Assembly: GCA_049325335.1 (NCBI GenBank)
Contig: JBMOMC010000043.1
Location: 277,852 to 341,851 of the forward strand
DNA: 64,000 bases
Origin: Nitrospirota bacterium
Lineage (GTDB): Bacteria > Nitrospirota > Nitrospiria > 2-01-FULL-66-17
Direction of reading: 5' to 3'
Positions 26,414-38,009 of this stretch are shown piece by piece. Position 1 is the stretch's first letter. Each line of letters begins with the position of its first letter. The position numbers and the translations under genes are program-made. The notes below the pieces were generated by a model. That model worked only from the letters and a program-made list of their open reading frames with translations. It searched no databases and was not told where the DNA came from.

Positions 26414-27825
26414 GATGCGGGCGGCTCCGCGCAGCCCGCCGCATCATCGTGGATCTCGCGGGCTTCGGCCGTGACGGCGCCGCGGCCGAGCGTGATCAAC
26501 AGGCGATCGCCGGGGGCTACGTCCGCGGCGGTTCGCACGATGCGGCGCGAGGGCAGCAGTCGGGTCAAGCTGTAACCGCGTCCGAGGATGGCCAACGGGC
26601 TCAACGCATCCGCGCGCGCGGCGAGCGAGACGGCGCGATGCTTGGCGTCCGCCAACGTTGCGCGAATGCGTTCTGCCAATCGTTCGGCCGCGCGTTGATG
26701 CGCGAGGCGCGCGGTCTCAATGCGTCGGCTCGGGTGCGCGGCTGACACGGCGCGGGCCAAGTAGTGTCGCTGGTCGCGACGGCCCGCGAGCAGGCGCGTG
26801 ATGGACTCCCGCAACCGAGCGGACAAGTCGTCCACGCGTAGCGCCGCGCTTTCGATCAGCCGCTCCGGGGTTCGCAGTGCGCGAAGTTCCGTGGACACCC
26901 GCGCGCGCCGGTCGGCCAGCGAGGCGCGGGCCGCCTCCACGAGGCGTTCGCTCGCGGTCTCCGCCGCGGCCACGAGTTGGTCGCGGTGCGGCGTCACCAA
27001 TTCGGCCGCGGCCGAGGGCGTGGGGGCCCGCAGGTCCGCGACGAAATCCGCGATCGTATAGTCGGTCTCGTGGCCCACCGCCGAGACCACCGGGATGCCG
27101 GAGGCCACGATCGCACGCGCCACGATCTCCTCGTTGAATGCCCACAGATCTTCCAGCGAGCCGCCACCGCGGGCCACGATGAGCACGTCCGGGCGCAGTC
27201 GCTCGGTCAGCGCGTTGGCGTCGTCAATCGCGTCCGCGATCCGCCCGGCCGCGCCGGGACCCTGCACGGGCACGGGGAGCAGCAATACCGGGATCGTGGG
27301 GAAACGGCGTTTGAGCACGTGCAGGATGTCGCGGATCACCGCGCCGGATGGCGAGGTGATCACGCCGATGCGAGTCGGGAGAAAGGGGATCGCCCGTTTG
27401 CGTTCCGCGTCGAACAATCCTTCGCGCGCCAGACGTTCCTTGAGTTGCTCGAACGCCAGTTGCAGCGCGCCCGCGCCTCTGGGTTCCACATAGTCCACCG
27501 CGAGCTGGTACTCGCCGCGCGGCTCGTACACCGTGATGTGGCCACGGCAGATCACGGACAACCCGTCCTTTAAGGCGAACTTCACGACCCGCGCCACGGA
27601 CCGGAACACCACGGCGCGGAGCTGGCTTTGCGCGTCCTTGAGGGTCAGGTAATAGTGGCCGGAGCCGGGGTTGCGGAGGTTGGAGATCTCTCCCTCGACC
27701 CAGACGTCGCTAAAGTCGCCTTCGAGGCGCCGACGCACGAGTCCGGTCAGGCCGGAGACGGTGAGAATCTGTCGCGATGGGGGAGTGGGTGCGTCGGATT
27801 GGGCGGAGAACTCGAAGAGGTCCAT
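26410..27825 (-). CDS. xseA: Exodeoxyribonuclease VII large subunit
   Basis: WVEGEISN, SGHYYLTLKD, RGGGSLEDLWAFNEE, GHETD, PTPSAAAE. Confidence 0.97.
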   Translation of the reverse strand: MDLFEFSAQSDAPTPPSRQILTVSGLTGLVRRRLEGDFSDVWVEGEISNLRNPGSGHYYLTLKDAQSQLRAVVFRSVARVVKFALKDGLSVICRGHITVYEPRGEYQLAVDYVEPRGAGALQLAFEQLKERLAREGLFDAERKRAIPFLPTRIGVITSPSGAVIRDILHVLKRRFPTIPVLLLPVPVQGPGAAGRIADAIDDANALTERLRPDVLIVARGGGSLEDLWAFNEEIVARAIVASGIPVVSAVGHETDYTIADFVADLRAPTPSAAAELVTPHRDQLVAAAETASERLVEAARASLADRRARVSTELRALRTPERLIESAALRVDDLSARLRESITRLLAGRRDQRHYLARAVSAAHPSRRIETARLAHQRAAERLAERIRATLADAKHRAVSLAARADALSPLAILGRGYSLTRLLPSRRIVRTAADVAPGDRLLITLGRGAVTAEAREIHDDAAGCAEPPAS

Positions 27826-27838
27826 GCGGAACTCCGAC

Positions 27839-27865
27839 GGAGGGGCGACCGCCGGTCGCCCCTAC
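27839..27865. repeat. GTAG-family REP palindrome overlapping the ymdB stop
   Basis: AGGGGCGACC-GCC-GGTCGCCCCTAC. Confidence 0.7.
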
Positions 27866-28650
27866 AACGGGTCGGTGATGCGAATGCGGCGGATGCTCGT
27901 AGCGCGGCCGGTCGAGCCATCGACCTCGACCACGGCGCCCGAGAGGACCGATGGGCCGGTCGCGGTCTCGAACTTTTTCGGCATCTGCGTGAGAAACTTG
28001 GTGATGGCTTCGTCCTTTTTCACGCCGATAATCGAATTGATCGGGCCGGTCATGCCCACGTCGGTGAGAAACGCGGTGCCCTGCGGCAAGATACGTTCAT
28101 CCGCGGTTTGCACGTGCGTGTGTGTGCCGAGCACGGCGCTCACTCTCCCATCGAAGTGCCAGCCGATCGCGGATTTCTCGGATGTGGCCTCGCCATGCAT
28201 GTCTACTAGGATCACGTGGGTCTCGGTACGAAGCTTTTCCAATTCGCGTTCGCCAACCCGAAACGGACAGTCGAGCGAGCCCGGCATGTATACGCGACCC
28301 ATCAGGTGCAGCACGCCGACCTTCTCCCCGGACGCCGTGGTCACCACCGTGCGCCCCGCGCCGGGTACGCCGTCCGGATAATTAGCCGGACGCAGGAGCC
28401 TCGGGTGGTCGCGAAGGTATCCGAAAATTTCTTTCTTGTCCCAGACGTGGTTGCCGGTGGTCAACACGTCGAACCCCATCGCGAACAATTCCTCCGCGAT
28501 TTTCGGGGTGACGCCGAATCCTCCGGCCGCGTTTTCCGCGTTGCCCACCGCCAGGTCGATGCGGTGTTCGTGCTTCAACACGTGGAGGTGCTGGCTCAAG
28601 ATCCGCCGGCCGGGTTCGCCGATGATGTCGCCGATGAGGAGGAGGTTCAT
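27862..28650 (-). CDS. ymdB: YmdB-family metallophosphoesterase
   Basis: GDIIG, NAENAAGG, GNHVWD, DMHGEATSEK, GTHTHV. Confidence 0.93.
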   Translation of the reverse strand: MNLLLIGDIIGEPGRRILSQHLHVLKHEHRIDLAVGNAENAAGGFGVTPKIAEELFAMGFDVLTTGNHVWDKKEIFGYLRDHPRLLRPANYPDGVPGAGRTVVTTASGEKVGVLHLMGRVYMPGSLDCPFRVGERELEKLRTETHVILVDMHGEATSEKSAIGWHFDGRVSAVLGTHTHVQTADERILPQGTAFLTDVGMTGPINSIIGVKKDEAITKFLTQMPKKFETATGPSVLSGAVVEVDGSTGRATSIRRIRITDPL

Positions 28651-28666
28651 TGGTTGTGGTTTGGTT

Positions 28667-28694
28667 GTAGGGGCGCAGCATGCCGCGCCCCTAC
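28667..28694. repeat. GTAG-family REP palindrome
   Basis: GTAGGGGCGCAGCATGCCGCGCCCCTAC. Confidence 0.8.
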
Positions 28695-28707
28695 ACGGCC
28701 GGATGAC

Positions 28708-30273
28708 CTACTTCGCATACTCCACGTACCGACTCTCGCGGATCACGGTGATCTTGATCTGCCCGGGGTACGTGAGCTCGTTTTCCACGCGCTTAGCCAT
28801 CTCGCGCGAAATTTGCGCGGACTCGGCTTCGGACACGCCGTCCTGGTTCACGATCACGCGGATCTCGCGGCCGGCTCGGATCGCATACGCCTTGTCCACG
28901 CCTTTGAACGAGGTGGCAATCTGCTCCAAGTTCTCCAGGCGCTTGATGTAGGACTCGTACGCCTCGCGCCGTGCTCCCGGCCTTGCCGCGGACAGGCCTT
29001 CCGCTACCGCGACCAGTACGCCTTCGGGCGAGGTCCACTCGATGTCGCCGTGGTGTGCCATGATCGCGTTGATGACGTGCGGGTGCTCGCCGCACTTGCG
29101 CGCGTATTCGCCGCCCAGGTTGGGGTGCGTGCCCTCTTCTTCGTGGCTGATCGCCTTGCCCACGTCGTGCAGGATCGCCGCGCGTTTGGCGAGCTTGACG
29201 TCCAACCTGAGTTCGGTGGCCATGATGCCGCAAATGATCGCGGCCTCCCGCGCGTGGACCAGGTTGTTCTGGCCGTAACTGGTGCGGTACTTGAGTTTGC
29301 CCAGCAATTTGACCATCTCCGGGTGCATGTTCTGAATGCCCAGGTCGAACAGGACTTTCTCAGCCTCTTCGACCATGAGCTTTTCGGTGTCCTTGCGGAC
29401 CTTTTCAACCACCTCTTCGATACGCGCCGGGTGGATGCGGCCGTCGTGCATCAAGCGTTCGAGCGCGACCTTGGCCACTTCGCGGCGGAACGGGTCGAAG
29501 CCCGAGATCAGAATCGCCTCCGGTGTGTCGTCGATGACCAGATCGATGCCGGTCGCGGCTTCCAGGGCGCGAATGTTGCGTCCCTCGCGGCCGATGATTC
29601 GGCCCTTCATTTCTTCGTTGGGCAATTGGACGACCGACACCGTGGCTTCCTGGACGTAGTCGTGGGCGTACCGTTGCAGCGACGACACGATGATTTCGCG
29701 GGCCGTGCGTTCGGCGGCCTCCTTCGCCTCGTCTTCGATGCGTTTAGTGAGCTTGACCGCCTCGAACCGGGCATCTTGTTCCATCGCGGCGATCAGGCTC
29801 TTTTTGGCTTCCTCGGCGGTCATGCCACTGAGCGCTTCGAGCTGCGCCCGCTGCTGGAGGAGCGCCTGATCGACCTGGGTTTCCTTGTCCGTGACTGTGC
29901 GCTCGCGGATCGCCAGCTCTCGTTCTTTCCGCGTGAGGTCGGATTCTTTACGGTCGGCCGTACTGATCTTCTTGTCGAGCGATTGTTCCCGCTGGTTCAG
30001 GCGCCGCTCCTGCTCAATCAACTCGTTGCGGCGGTCGCGGTTCTCTTGCTCAAACGCCTGGCGGGCCTGATACAGCTTGTCTTTGGCTTCGAGTTCCGCT
30101 TCCTTTTGTAGCCGTTCGATGTCCTTGCGCGCGGTCTCGACGAGCCGAGCAGCCTCTTGTTTGGCCTGGTCGCCCGCCTGTTTGGTCACCATGCGCGAGA
30201 TGACAAACCCGATCCCCAGCCCTCCGGCCACGGCGATGATCGCGAGCAGTATCGTTCCAATCGTGGTAGTAAT
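28708..30273 (-). CDS. rny: Ribonuclease Y (probable ATT start)
   Basis: TM helix, coiled coil, KH (GRIIGREGRNIR), HD (LHDVGK); GGGAGG-7nt-ATT in frame. Confidence 0.95.
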   Translation of the reverse strand: MTTTIGTILLAIIAVAGGLGIGFVISRMVTKQAGDQAKQEAARLVETARKDIERLQKEAELEAKDKLYQARQAFEQENRDRRNELIEQERRLNQREQSLDKKISTADRKESDLTRKERELAIRERTVTDKETQVDQALLQQRAQLEALSGMTAEEAKKSLIAAMEQDARFEAVKLTKRIEDEAKEAAERTAREIIVSSLQRYAHDYVQEATVSVVQLPNEEMKGRIIGREGRNIRALEAATGIDLVIDDTPEAILISGFDPFRREVAKVALERLMHDGRIHPARIEEVVEKVRKDTEKLMVEEAEKVLFDLGIQNMHPEMVKLLGKLKYRTSYGQNNLVHAREAAIICGIMATELRLDVKLAKRAAILHDVGKAISHEEEGTHPNLGGEYARKCGEHPHVINAIMAHHGDIEWTSPEGVLVAVAEGLSAARPGARREAYESYIKRLENLEQIATSFKGVDKAYAIRAGREIRVIVNQDGVSEAESAQISREMAKRVENELTYPGQIKITVIRESRYVEYAK

Positions 30274-30454
30274 GGTCGGTCCTCCCTACCTCGCTTGCGA
30301 AGTGCGGTGAAACCACTACCCGCGGTTGTGGGCGACGGGTGAAACGAGGATGGGTGAGCGGGGTCGGTGTGAGGCGCGGTTAGGGTGTGGGAGGAGACGG
30401 GCTACAGTCCACGCAACGGTGGGTTGTGTCCACGGACCTCACACACGCTATCGC

Positions 30455-30481
30455 AAAAGCCGAAACCGTTGAAGTTTCGGC
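30455..30481 (-). terminator. Terminator-like hairpin between 6S RNA and rny
   Basis: Minus strand GCCGAAAC-TTCAACG-GTTTCGGC-TTTT. Confidence 0.55.
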
Positions 30482-30576
30482 CGATTTTCCACTCACTGAT
30501 CCGACAAACCGTAAACCGTTCATCACACCCATATCACTCCGGGCGTCGCCCGACAACGCCCCCATTCAATCTTCCG

Positions 30577-30758
30577 GTGACCCCCACCGTGCCGTGGCGG
30601 CGGAATTGTTTGAAGCCCAAAAGGCTTCGTGGGGGCCTTCGGAGAGACTTTAGGCTTCCCCGTCATGCGGGGCTTGCACACCATCCCTACCGGGAAGGCT
30701 CCCGGTTCGATACTGTTACCTCAAACATCCCACCCGCTCGCGCACACAGCAGGGGCAC
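30577..30758 (-). ncRNA. ssrS: 6S RNA
   Basis: About 182-nt rod: 5' GTGCCCCTGCTGTG pairs with 3' CACGGTGGGGGTCAC; TGTTTGA/TCAAACA arms; canonical position between zapA and rny. Confidence 0.82.
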
Positions 30759-30809
30759 ACTGAGCGAGCTTAGCAAAAGGTCGGGGGGAATTCAAGACGA
30801 TCCGTCCGG

Positions 30810-31121
30810 CTACAGCGAGAGGTCGAGATCGTCGAACTGTTCTTCGATGCTGTCAATCAGGTCTTTCGTGCGTTTGGAGGCGTGCGCGATGGCGTGGTCT
30901 TTTTTCGAGCCGTCGTCCGTCAGTTTTGCGTTATCGTGCGCCAGGTTGATGGCGGCGAGAATCGCCAGTTTGGCCAGCGGAGTGCCGGGAAGGTGGCCGG
31001 ACGCTTCGCGGATTTTGCGATCCACGATGGCGGCCAGTCGGCGCACGTATTCGGGGTCGCCGTCTCCCTTGAGGATATAGCGATCGCCGAAAATTTCCAC
31101 CGTGACGGTTTGTGGCGTCAT
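30810..31121 (-). CDS. zapA: Cell division protein ZapA
   Basis: VTVEIFGDRYIL...YVRRLAAIVD...AILAAINLA. Confidence 0.92.
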   Translation of the reverse strand: MTPQTVTVEIFGDRYILKGDGDPEYVRRLAAIVDRKIREASGHLPGTPLAKLAILAAINLAHDNAKLTDDGSKKDHAIAHASKRTKDLIDSIEEQFDDLDLSL

Positions 31122-31282
31122 GGCATGCCTCCGGATTGGGCGTCGTCATCGTGCCCCTCGTGCGCGCGCGCCAGGGCGTCAATGTCGCGCAGCCGTTCGA
31201 TCACCTTCGCGGCGCGGCCGCCCCGTTGTTCCAGGGCGGTCAGTAGGTCGTCGAGCGGCGCGTTGGCGGTGTGGGGCGTCAT
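31118..31282 (-). CDS. 54-aa ORF in the zapB position, shortened ZapB-like peptide
   Basis: MTPHTANAPLDDLLTALEQRGGRAAKVIERLRDIDALAR...; ATGA overlap with zapA; below the ORF-track cutoff. Confidence 0.5.
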   Translation of the reverse strand: MTPHTANAPLDDLLTALEQRGGRAAKVIERLRDIDALARAHEGHDDDAQSGGMP

Positions 31283-31284
31283 GG

Positions 31285-33549
31285 TCAGGGGAGGGGCTGG
31301 AGTTGATTCGCGCGGTCCAGGAGTTCCTGCACGCTCGCGGCTTCTCCCGGGTAGGTGCAGGTTCCCACGGCGAGCCGGACTTCGATCGGATCGCCGTCCG
31401 CGTTGCGCAGGCGGAACGCGCCGAGGGCCTGGTGGAGGCGATCCAACACGTCTTGCATGGTGTCGCCGGTGTCGGGCATCACCACCGCGAAGCGGGCGTC
31501 CTCCAAACGGGCCAAAATGTCTACGTTGCGAAAGGTCTCGCGCACGATGCCCGCCAGCGCGCGCAGCAGTTCGTCTCGGCCTTGGGCCGTAAACGGGCGG
31601 CTCAGCTCCTGGAAATCCACCACCTCCATAATCAGCAGCGAGACCTTGCGTTGGTACCGTTCGGCGCGACGGATTTCTTCCGGCAACCGCAGATCCAGGT
31701 AGCGGCGGTTGCGGAGTCCCGTGACGTCGTCGATGGTGATGAGTCCTTGTCGCTCGCGAATTTCCTGGATTTGGACCAATGCGCGCGCCAGATAAAACGA
31801 AAATTTTTCCAGGATCTCTTGGTCGTCGCGATCGAACGCGCCGCAGGCAAAGGAGTGGTATAACACCTTGTTGTACGCGGATACGGTGCCGACCAGTTGG
31901 TCGCCGGAGAACAACGGTCCGGCCAACACCGAGCGGTAGGGGAACGCCGCCGGAAGGGACACGCCGAACGCGTCGAGCCGATCGCTGCGCAGAAACGTTT
32001 TGGTGTGAGCCGCCTGCGCAGCCACGGCCTGGTCCACTCGGATCAAGGCCGCGTCGATCTCATCGCGGTGCAGACCGTAGGTCCCGCCCACCAAGAGTCG
32101 GTCGCCGCGGCGCTGGCGGACGCGCACCACCACGGCCTCGGCGTCCAAGATCATCGCGGTGGCCGCCGCGCCGGTGATCAGCACCTTATCGCGGTCGGTG
32201 AGGGACAAAATTTGCAGGCCTTCGTCGTTGACCGCGGAGAGTTTGATCACCTTTTGGGACATTTGGTGCCGCTCAGCGTCGCTCGCGATCGATGCGCCGA
32301 AAATTTCACCCGCTTCGGTCAACAGGTTGATGAAGCGACGTGTGACGTCCACGGCGGAGGACGTCTCCACCACCAACACGCCGACGGCGTCTTTGCCCGC
32401 CGCGAGCGGCACCGCGACCAGGGCCCTGCCCCCTGGACTCGGGGGATCTCCGGCAAGCTCTTCGCGCAACACCGCCGGTCGGTTCAAGCGAGCCACCTCG
32501 CCGACCAGCCCGGCGCCCCAGGGGATGCGAACGGCGCCGCCCTGATCGGTCCGCATCGTGGTGGAGGCTTGCAGCAGGATGTCTCCGGATTGGGGGGCGC
32601 GTACATAGAGGTGGGCGCCCGAGGCCTGGAGGATCGCGCCCAAGGTCTCGACGGCGCGTTGAAGTCGATCGCGAATGGGGCCGTCGGCGGCGAGCAACAT
32701 CTTGATGTCGCGTCGCGTGGCCTCGCCGTGGGCCAGGTGGCGGACTTCCCGGAGGGTGCGAAGTTTTTTCATCGCACGAACCGCATGGAGGCCGAATTCG
32801 GCGAGCCAGGCCGCCGTTTCTTGGCCGAAACCGCCGCGCCCGTCGCCTCGCCACAGTTCGATCGCGCCCAAGACGTCCTCGTCGCTCGCGATCGGCGCGG
32901 CCAATCCCGCTTCGGCGCCGGCCTCCTCCAGCAGCCAGGCCGAAGCGATGTCGCCGGCGTCGGCGCCGACGATGCGCCGCTCGCGCGCCGCTCGCGCCGC
33001 CAACGGGGACGGACCGGACGCGCCGTTCCGAGGGCCGAGGGGCGCCAGGCGTTGCGCCGCGTCATCCCACGCGTGGACGCGGACCGTGTCCGCTCCGGTC
33101 ACCAGGCGCGCGGTCTCCGCCATCACGTACGCGAGTTCCCCCGGGGTCGAAACGTCGATCTCGTCCGCGACGGCCTTAAAGCGTTGCAGGCTGTACGGCG
33201 CCCGGTCGGTCGGGGCCAATTCGGCGAGCGACCAGAGGTAACGGGCGGCGGGGGCGCCGATCACGTCCAATTCCGGGGCCACGTGGCTGACGGCTTTGCG
33301 GATGGATCGGAGCGATGCGGCATCGACCACCAGATCCAACGGCATGGCCGCGCGGACCGACTCAATGGCGTGGGCCACGGCCGGCCGCCGTCCGTCCGTA
33401 AACTCGTAGTCGAAGTCGGCTAAATGGAAAATCAGCGCGCCCGGATCGGGATCGAACACCAGGGCGATATGGGTCCGGTTCTGGCGGGCCGCGTGGGCCA
33501 AGGTTTCCAGACCGTGGTGCCCGCCGCCGATGATGGCGATGCGTTTCAC
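31285..33549 (-). CDS. Rossmann-like plus multi-GAF plus degenerate GGDEF protein
   Basis: IAIIGGG N-terminus, GAF-like segments, DDVTGLRNRR, RNVD I-site, LEDARF in place of GGDEF. Confidence 0.85.
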   Translation of the reverse strand: MKRIAIIGGGHHGLETLAHAARQNRTHIALVFDPDPGALIFHLADFDYEFTDGRRPAVAHAIESVRAAMPLDLVVDAASLRSIRKAVSHVAPELDVIGAPAARYLWSLAELAPTDRAPYSLQRFKAVADEIDVSTPGELAYVMAETARLVTGADTVRVHAWDDAAQRLAPLGPRNGASGPSPLAARAARERRIVGADAGDIASAWLLEEAGAEAGLAAPIASDEDVLGAIELWRGDGRGGFGQETAAWLAEFGLHAVRAMKKLRTLREVRHLAHGEATRRDIKMLLAADGPIRDRLQRAVETLGAILQASGAHLYVRAPQSGDILLQASTTMRTDQGGAVRIPWGAGLVGEVARLNRPAVLREELAGDPPSPGGRALVAVPLAAGKDAVGVLVVETSSAVDVTRRFINLLTEAGEIFGASIASDAERHQMSQKVIKLSAVNDEGLQILSLTDRDKVLITGAAATAMILDAEAVVVRVRQRRGDRLLVGGTYGLHRDEIDAALIRVDQAVAAQAAHTKTFLRSDRLDAFGVSLPAAFPYRSVLAGPLFSGDQLVGTVSAYNKVLYHSFACGAFDRDDQEILEKFSFYLARALVQIQEIRERQGLITIDDVTGLRNRRYLDLRLPEEIRRAERYQRKVSLLIMEVVDFQELSRPFTAQGRDELLRALAGIVRETFRNVDILARLEDARFAVVMPDTGDTMQDVLDRLHQALGAFRLRNADGDPIEVRLAVGTCTYPGEAASVQELLDRANQLQPLP

Positions 33550-34376
33550 CGGGTCGCGGCGGCGGTGCGACGAATCAAGCCGGTTGCGGCCAATCTGGCA
33601 AGAAAGTCCTCGTCGGATTCCTCGGACGGGAGCGGGCCGGGCCGGGATCGCTCGGCGTCGGCAACCACGCGCGAGCGGCGGACCGCTTCGGCGAGCAGAT
33701 CAGGTAACGGTTTGGTGACGGTGGAGCGCGGGGGGACGGGGGGCGAAGGTTCCAGGGCGGCCGCGACGTCGGTGACGGGCCGCGCGAAACCCGAATACAC
33801 CGCGTCGTGGCCGCGCACGCCGTTCGCGACCGCATCGGTTAAGGCGCCGCCGACCCACGTCAGCGCCGCCGACCAGCCCGGGGCGGTCAGGCGCAATAGG
33901 CCGGTGGCCGCTCGCCGCGCCAAGACCTGGTACACATCGACCAATGACGCCTCGGCGGTTGGCAGCGCGCCCGATAGCGGGTGGGCCATCAATCGGCCGC
34001 GCGCGGCCGCCCGGGCCGTCATCGCGGCGACCGCGGCGGCCAACGCGTCGGGAGTCAGCGGTTTGCGGACAATGTCGACCAGGCCCGCCTCCGGCGCGTA
34101 AAACTCCGAGGGCAACGCGTCGTGCGAGCCGAGAAACAGGACGGGCGTTGCGGCGAGCGACGGGATCTGGGCCGCCAACCGTTTGATTTCCCACCCATTG
34201 AGTTCGGGCATCATGATATCGCACACTAGGAGGTCGGGCGGGACCACGATGGCTTTGAGCACCGCGTCGTGCACGCGGGAGGCCGTGTGCACCTCGTACC
34301 CGAGGAACGTCAACCGCTCGGACGTCGCGGCCAACAGGCGCAGGTTGCTATCCAATAAAAGGATTTTTACGGCCAC
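33546..34376 (-). CDS. Response regulator with DUF4388/PatA-like domain
   Basis: Receiver PDLLVCDIMMPELNG...RKP; SLVDVYQVLARRAATGLLRL. Confidence 0.8.
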   Translation of the reverse strand: MAVKILLLDSNLRLLAATSERLTFLGYEVHTASRVHDAVLKAIVVPPDLLVCDIMMPELNGWEIKRLAAQIPSLAATPVLFLGSHDALPSEFYAPEAGLVDIVRKPLTPDALAAAVAAMTARAAARGRLMAHPLSGALPTAEASLVDVYQVLARRAATGLLRLTAPGWSAALTWVGGALTDAVANGVRGHDAVYSGFARPVTDVAAALEPSPPVPPRSTVTKPLPDLLAEAVRRSRVVADAERSRPGPLPSEESDEDFLARLAATGLIRRTAAATR

Positions 34377-34552
34377 CCATGCACCCTCCGGCGGGCGGGG
34401 TCACTCTACTGTGAGCCCGGAGAGAAGTCAAGAAATTTCAGGTGTTACGCCGCCGCCGGCGCGTTGCCGGGCCGGTTGCGCGCGACAAAGCGGGTGTGGT
34501 ACAACGACCGCACGAACGGAACGTATCCCCCGGCAGTAGTCTGAATAACGAC

Positions 34553-35756
<1,204 letters not shown>

Positions 35757-35764
<8 letters not shown>

Positions 35765-36659
35765 ACGCGACTTGCTGGCGCTCCGGAACCTGTCATCTCA
35801 GGAAATCCGGCGCCTGATCGACCGCGCCAAGGGGCGGACCCCGTCGCGCGTGCTGGCGGGCAAGAGCGTGGGCCTGTTCTTCGAGAAGGCCTCCACGCGC
35901 ACGCGCGTCTCGTTTGAAGTCGCGATTGCGCAACTCGGCGGCCACCCGGTGTTTCTGCCCGCGCAGGAAATCCAACTCGGCCGCGGTGAAACGGTCGCGG
36001 ACACCGCGCGCGTGCTCTCGCGGTACGTCGACGCGTTGGTGATCCGCACCTTCGGCCAGGACCGCCTGGAGGAATGGGCGCGCCACGCGACCATTCCGGT
36101 GATCAACGGGCTGACCGACGCGCACCACCCGTGTCAGATCCTCGCGGACTTGTTGACGATCGACCAGCACAAGGGCCGTCTGAACGGGATCGTGGCCGCG
36201 TATGTCGGGGACGGCAATAACGTGGCGCACTCGCTGCTCGAGGGCTGCGCCATGATGGGCATGACGTGCCGGGTCGCGGCGCCCTCGGGGTATCACCCGG
36301 ACGCCGAGATCGTGAAGTGGGCCGAGTTGGAGGCGCACAAATCCGGCGGCGCGGTGTGGATCGGCGAGGACCCGCGCGAGGCGGCGCGGGGCGCGGACGT
36401 GCTGTATACCGACGTGTGGACCAGCATGGGGCAGGAGGCCGAAACCGCCGCGCGCGTTGCCGTGTTCCGGCCGTACCAGATCAACTCGGATTTGCTGCGC
36501 CTAGCCAAGCCGGACGCGATCGTCATGCACTGCCTTCCCGCGCACCGTGGCGAGGAGATTACGGACGAGGTGATGGAAGGCCCGCGATCGGTCATCTTCG
36601 ATCAAGCGGAGAATCGGTTGCACATTCAGAAGGCGATTCTGGAAATGCTGGTAGGGTAA
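35757..36659 (+). CDS. argF: Ornithine carbamoyltransferase
   Basis: STRTR, HPCQ, DVWTSMG, HCLP. Confidence 0.97.
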
Positions 36660-36749
36660 CTTCGAAGACGAGGGGGGTGAGGGGGAGATGGGGAGACGGG
36701 GCGAGGAGAGTAAAAGGACGATGGGGGGAGTGGGCGAGGGGGTGACGGG

Positions 36750-38005
<1,256 letters not shown>

Positions 38006-38009
<4 letters not shown>

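Noticed and set aside
26410..27825. Absence of xseB next to xseA
   Set aside because: xseA and xseB are often unlinked; cannot be judged from one window.
28216..30111. Long antisense ORFs (also 30-1076, 31897-33423, 39757-41106, 41811-42995 and others)
   Set aside because: Shadow frames of well-supported genes in high-GC DNA; no motifs or SD sites.
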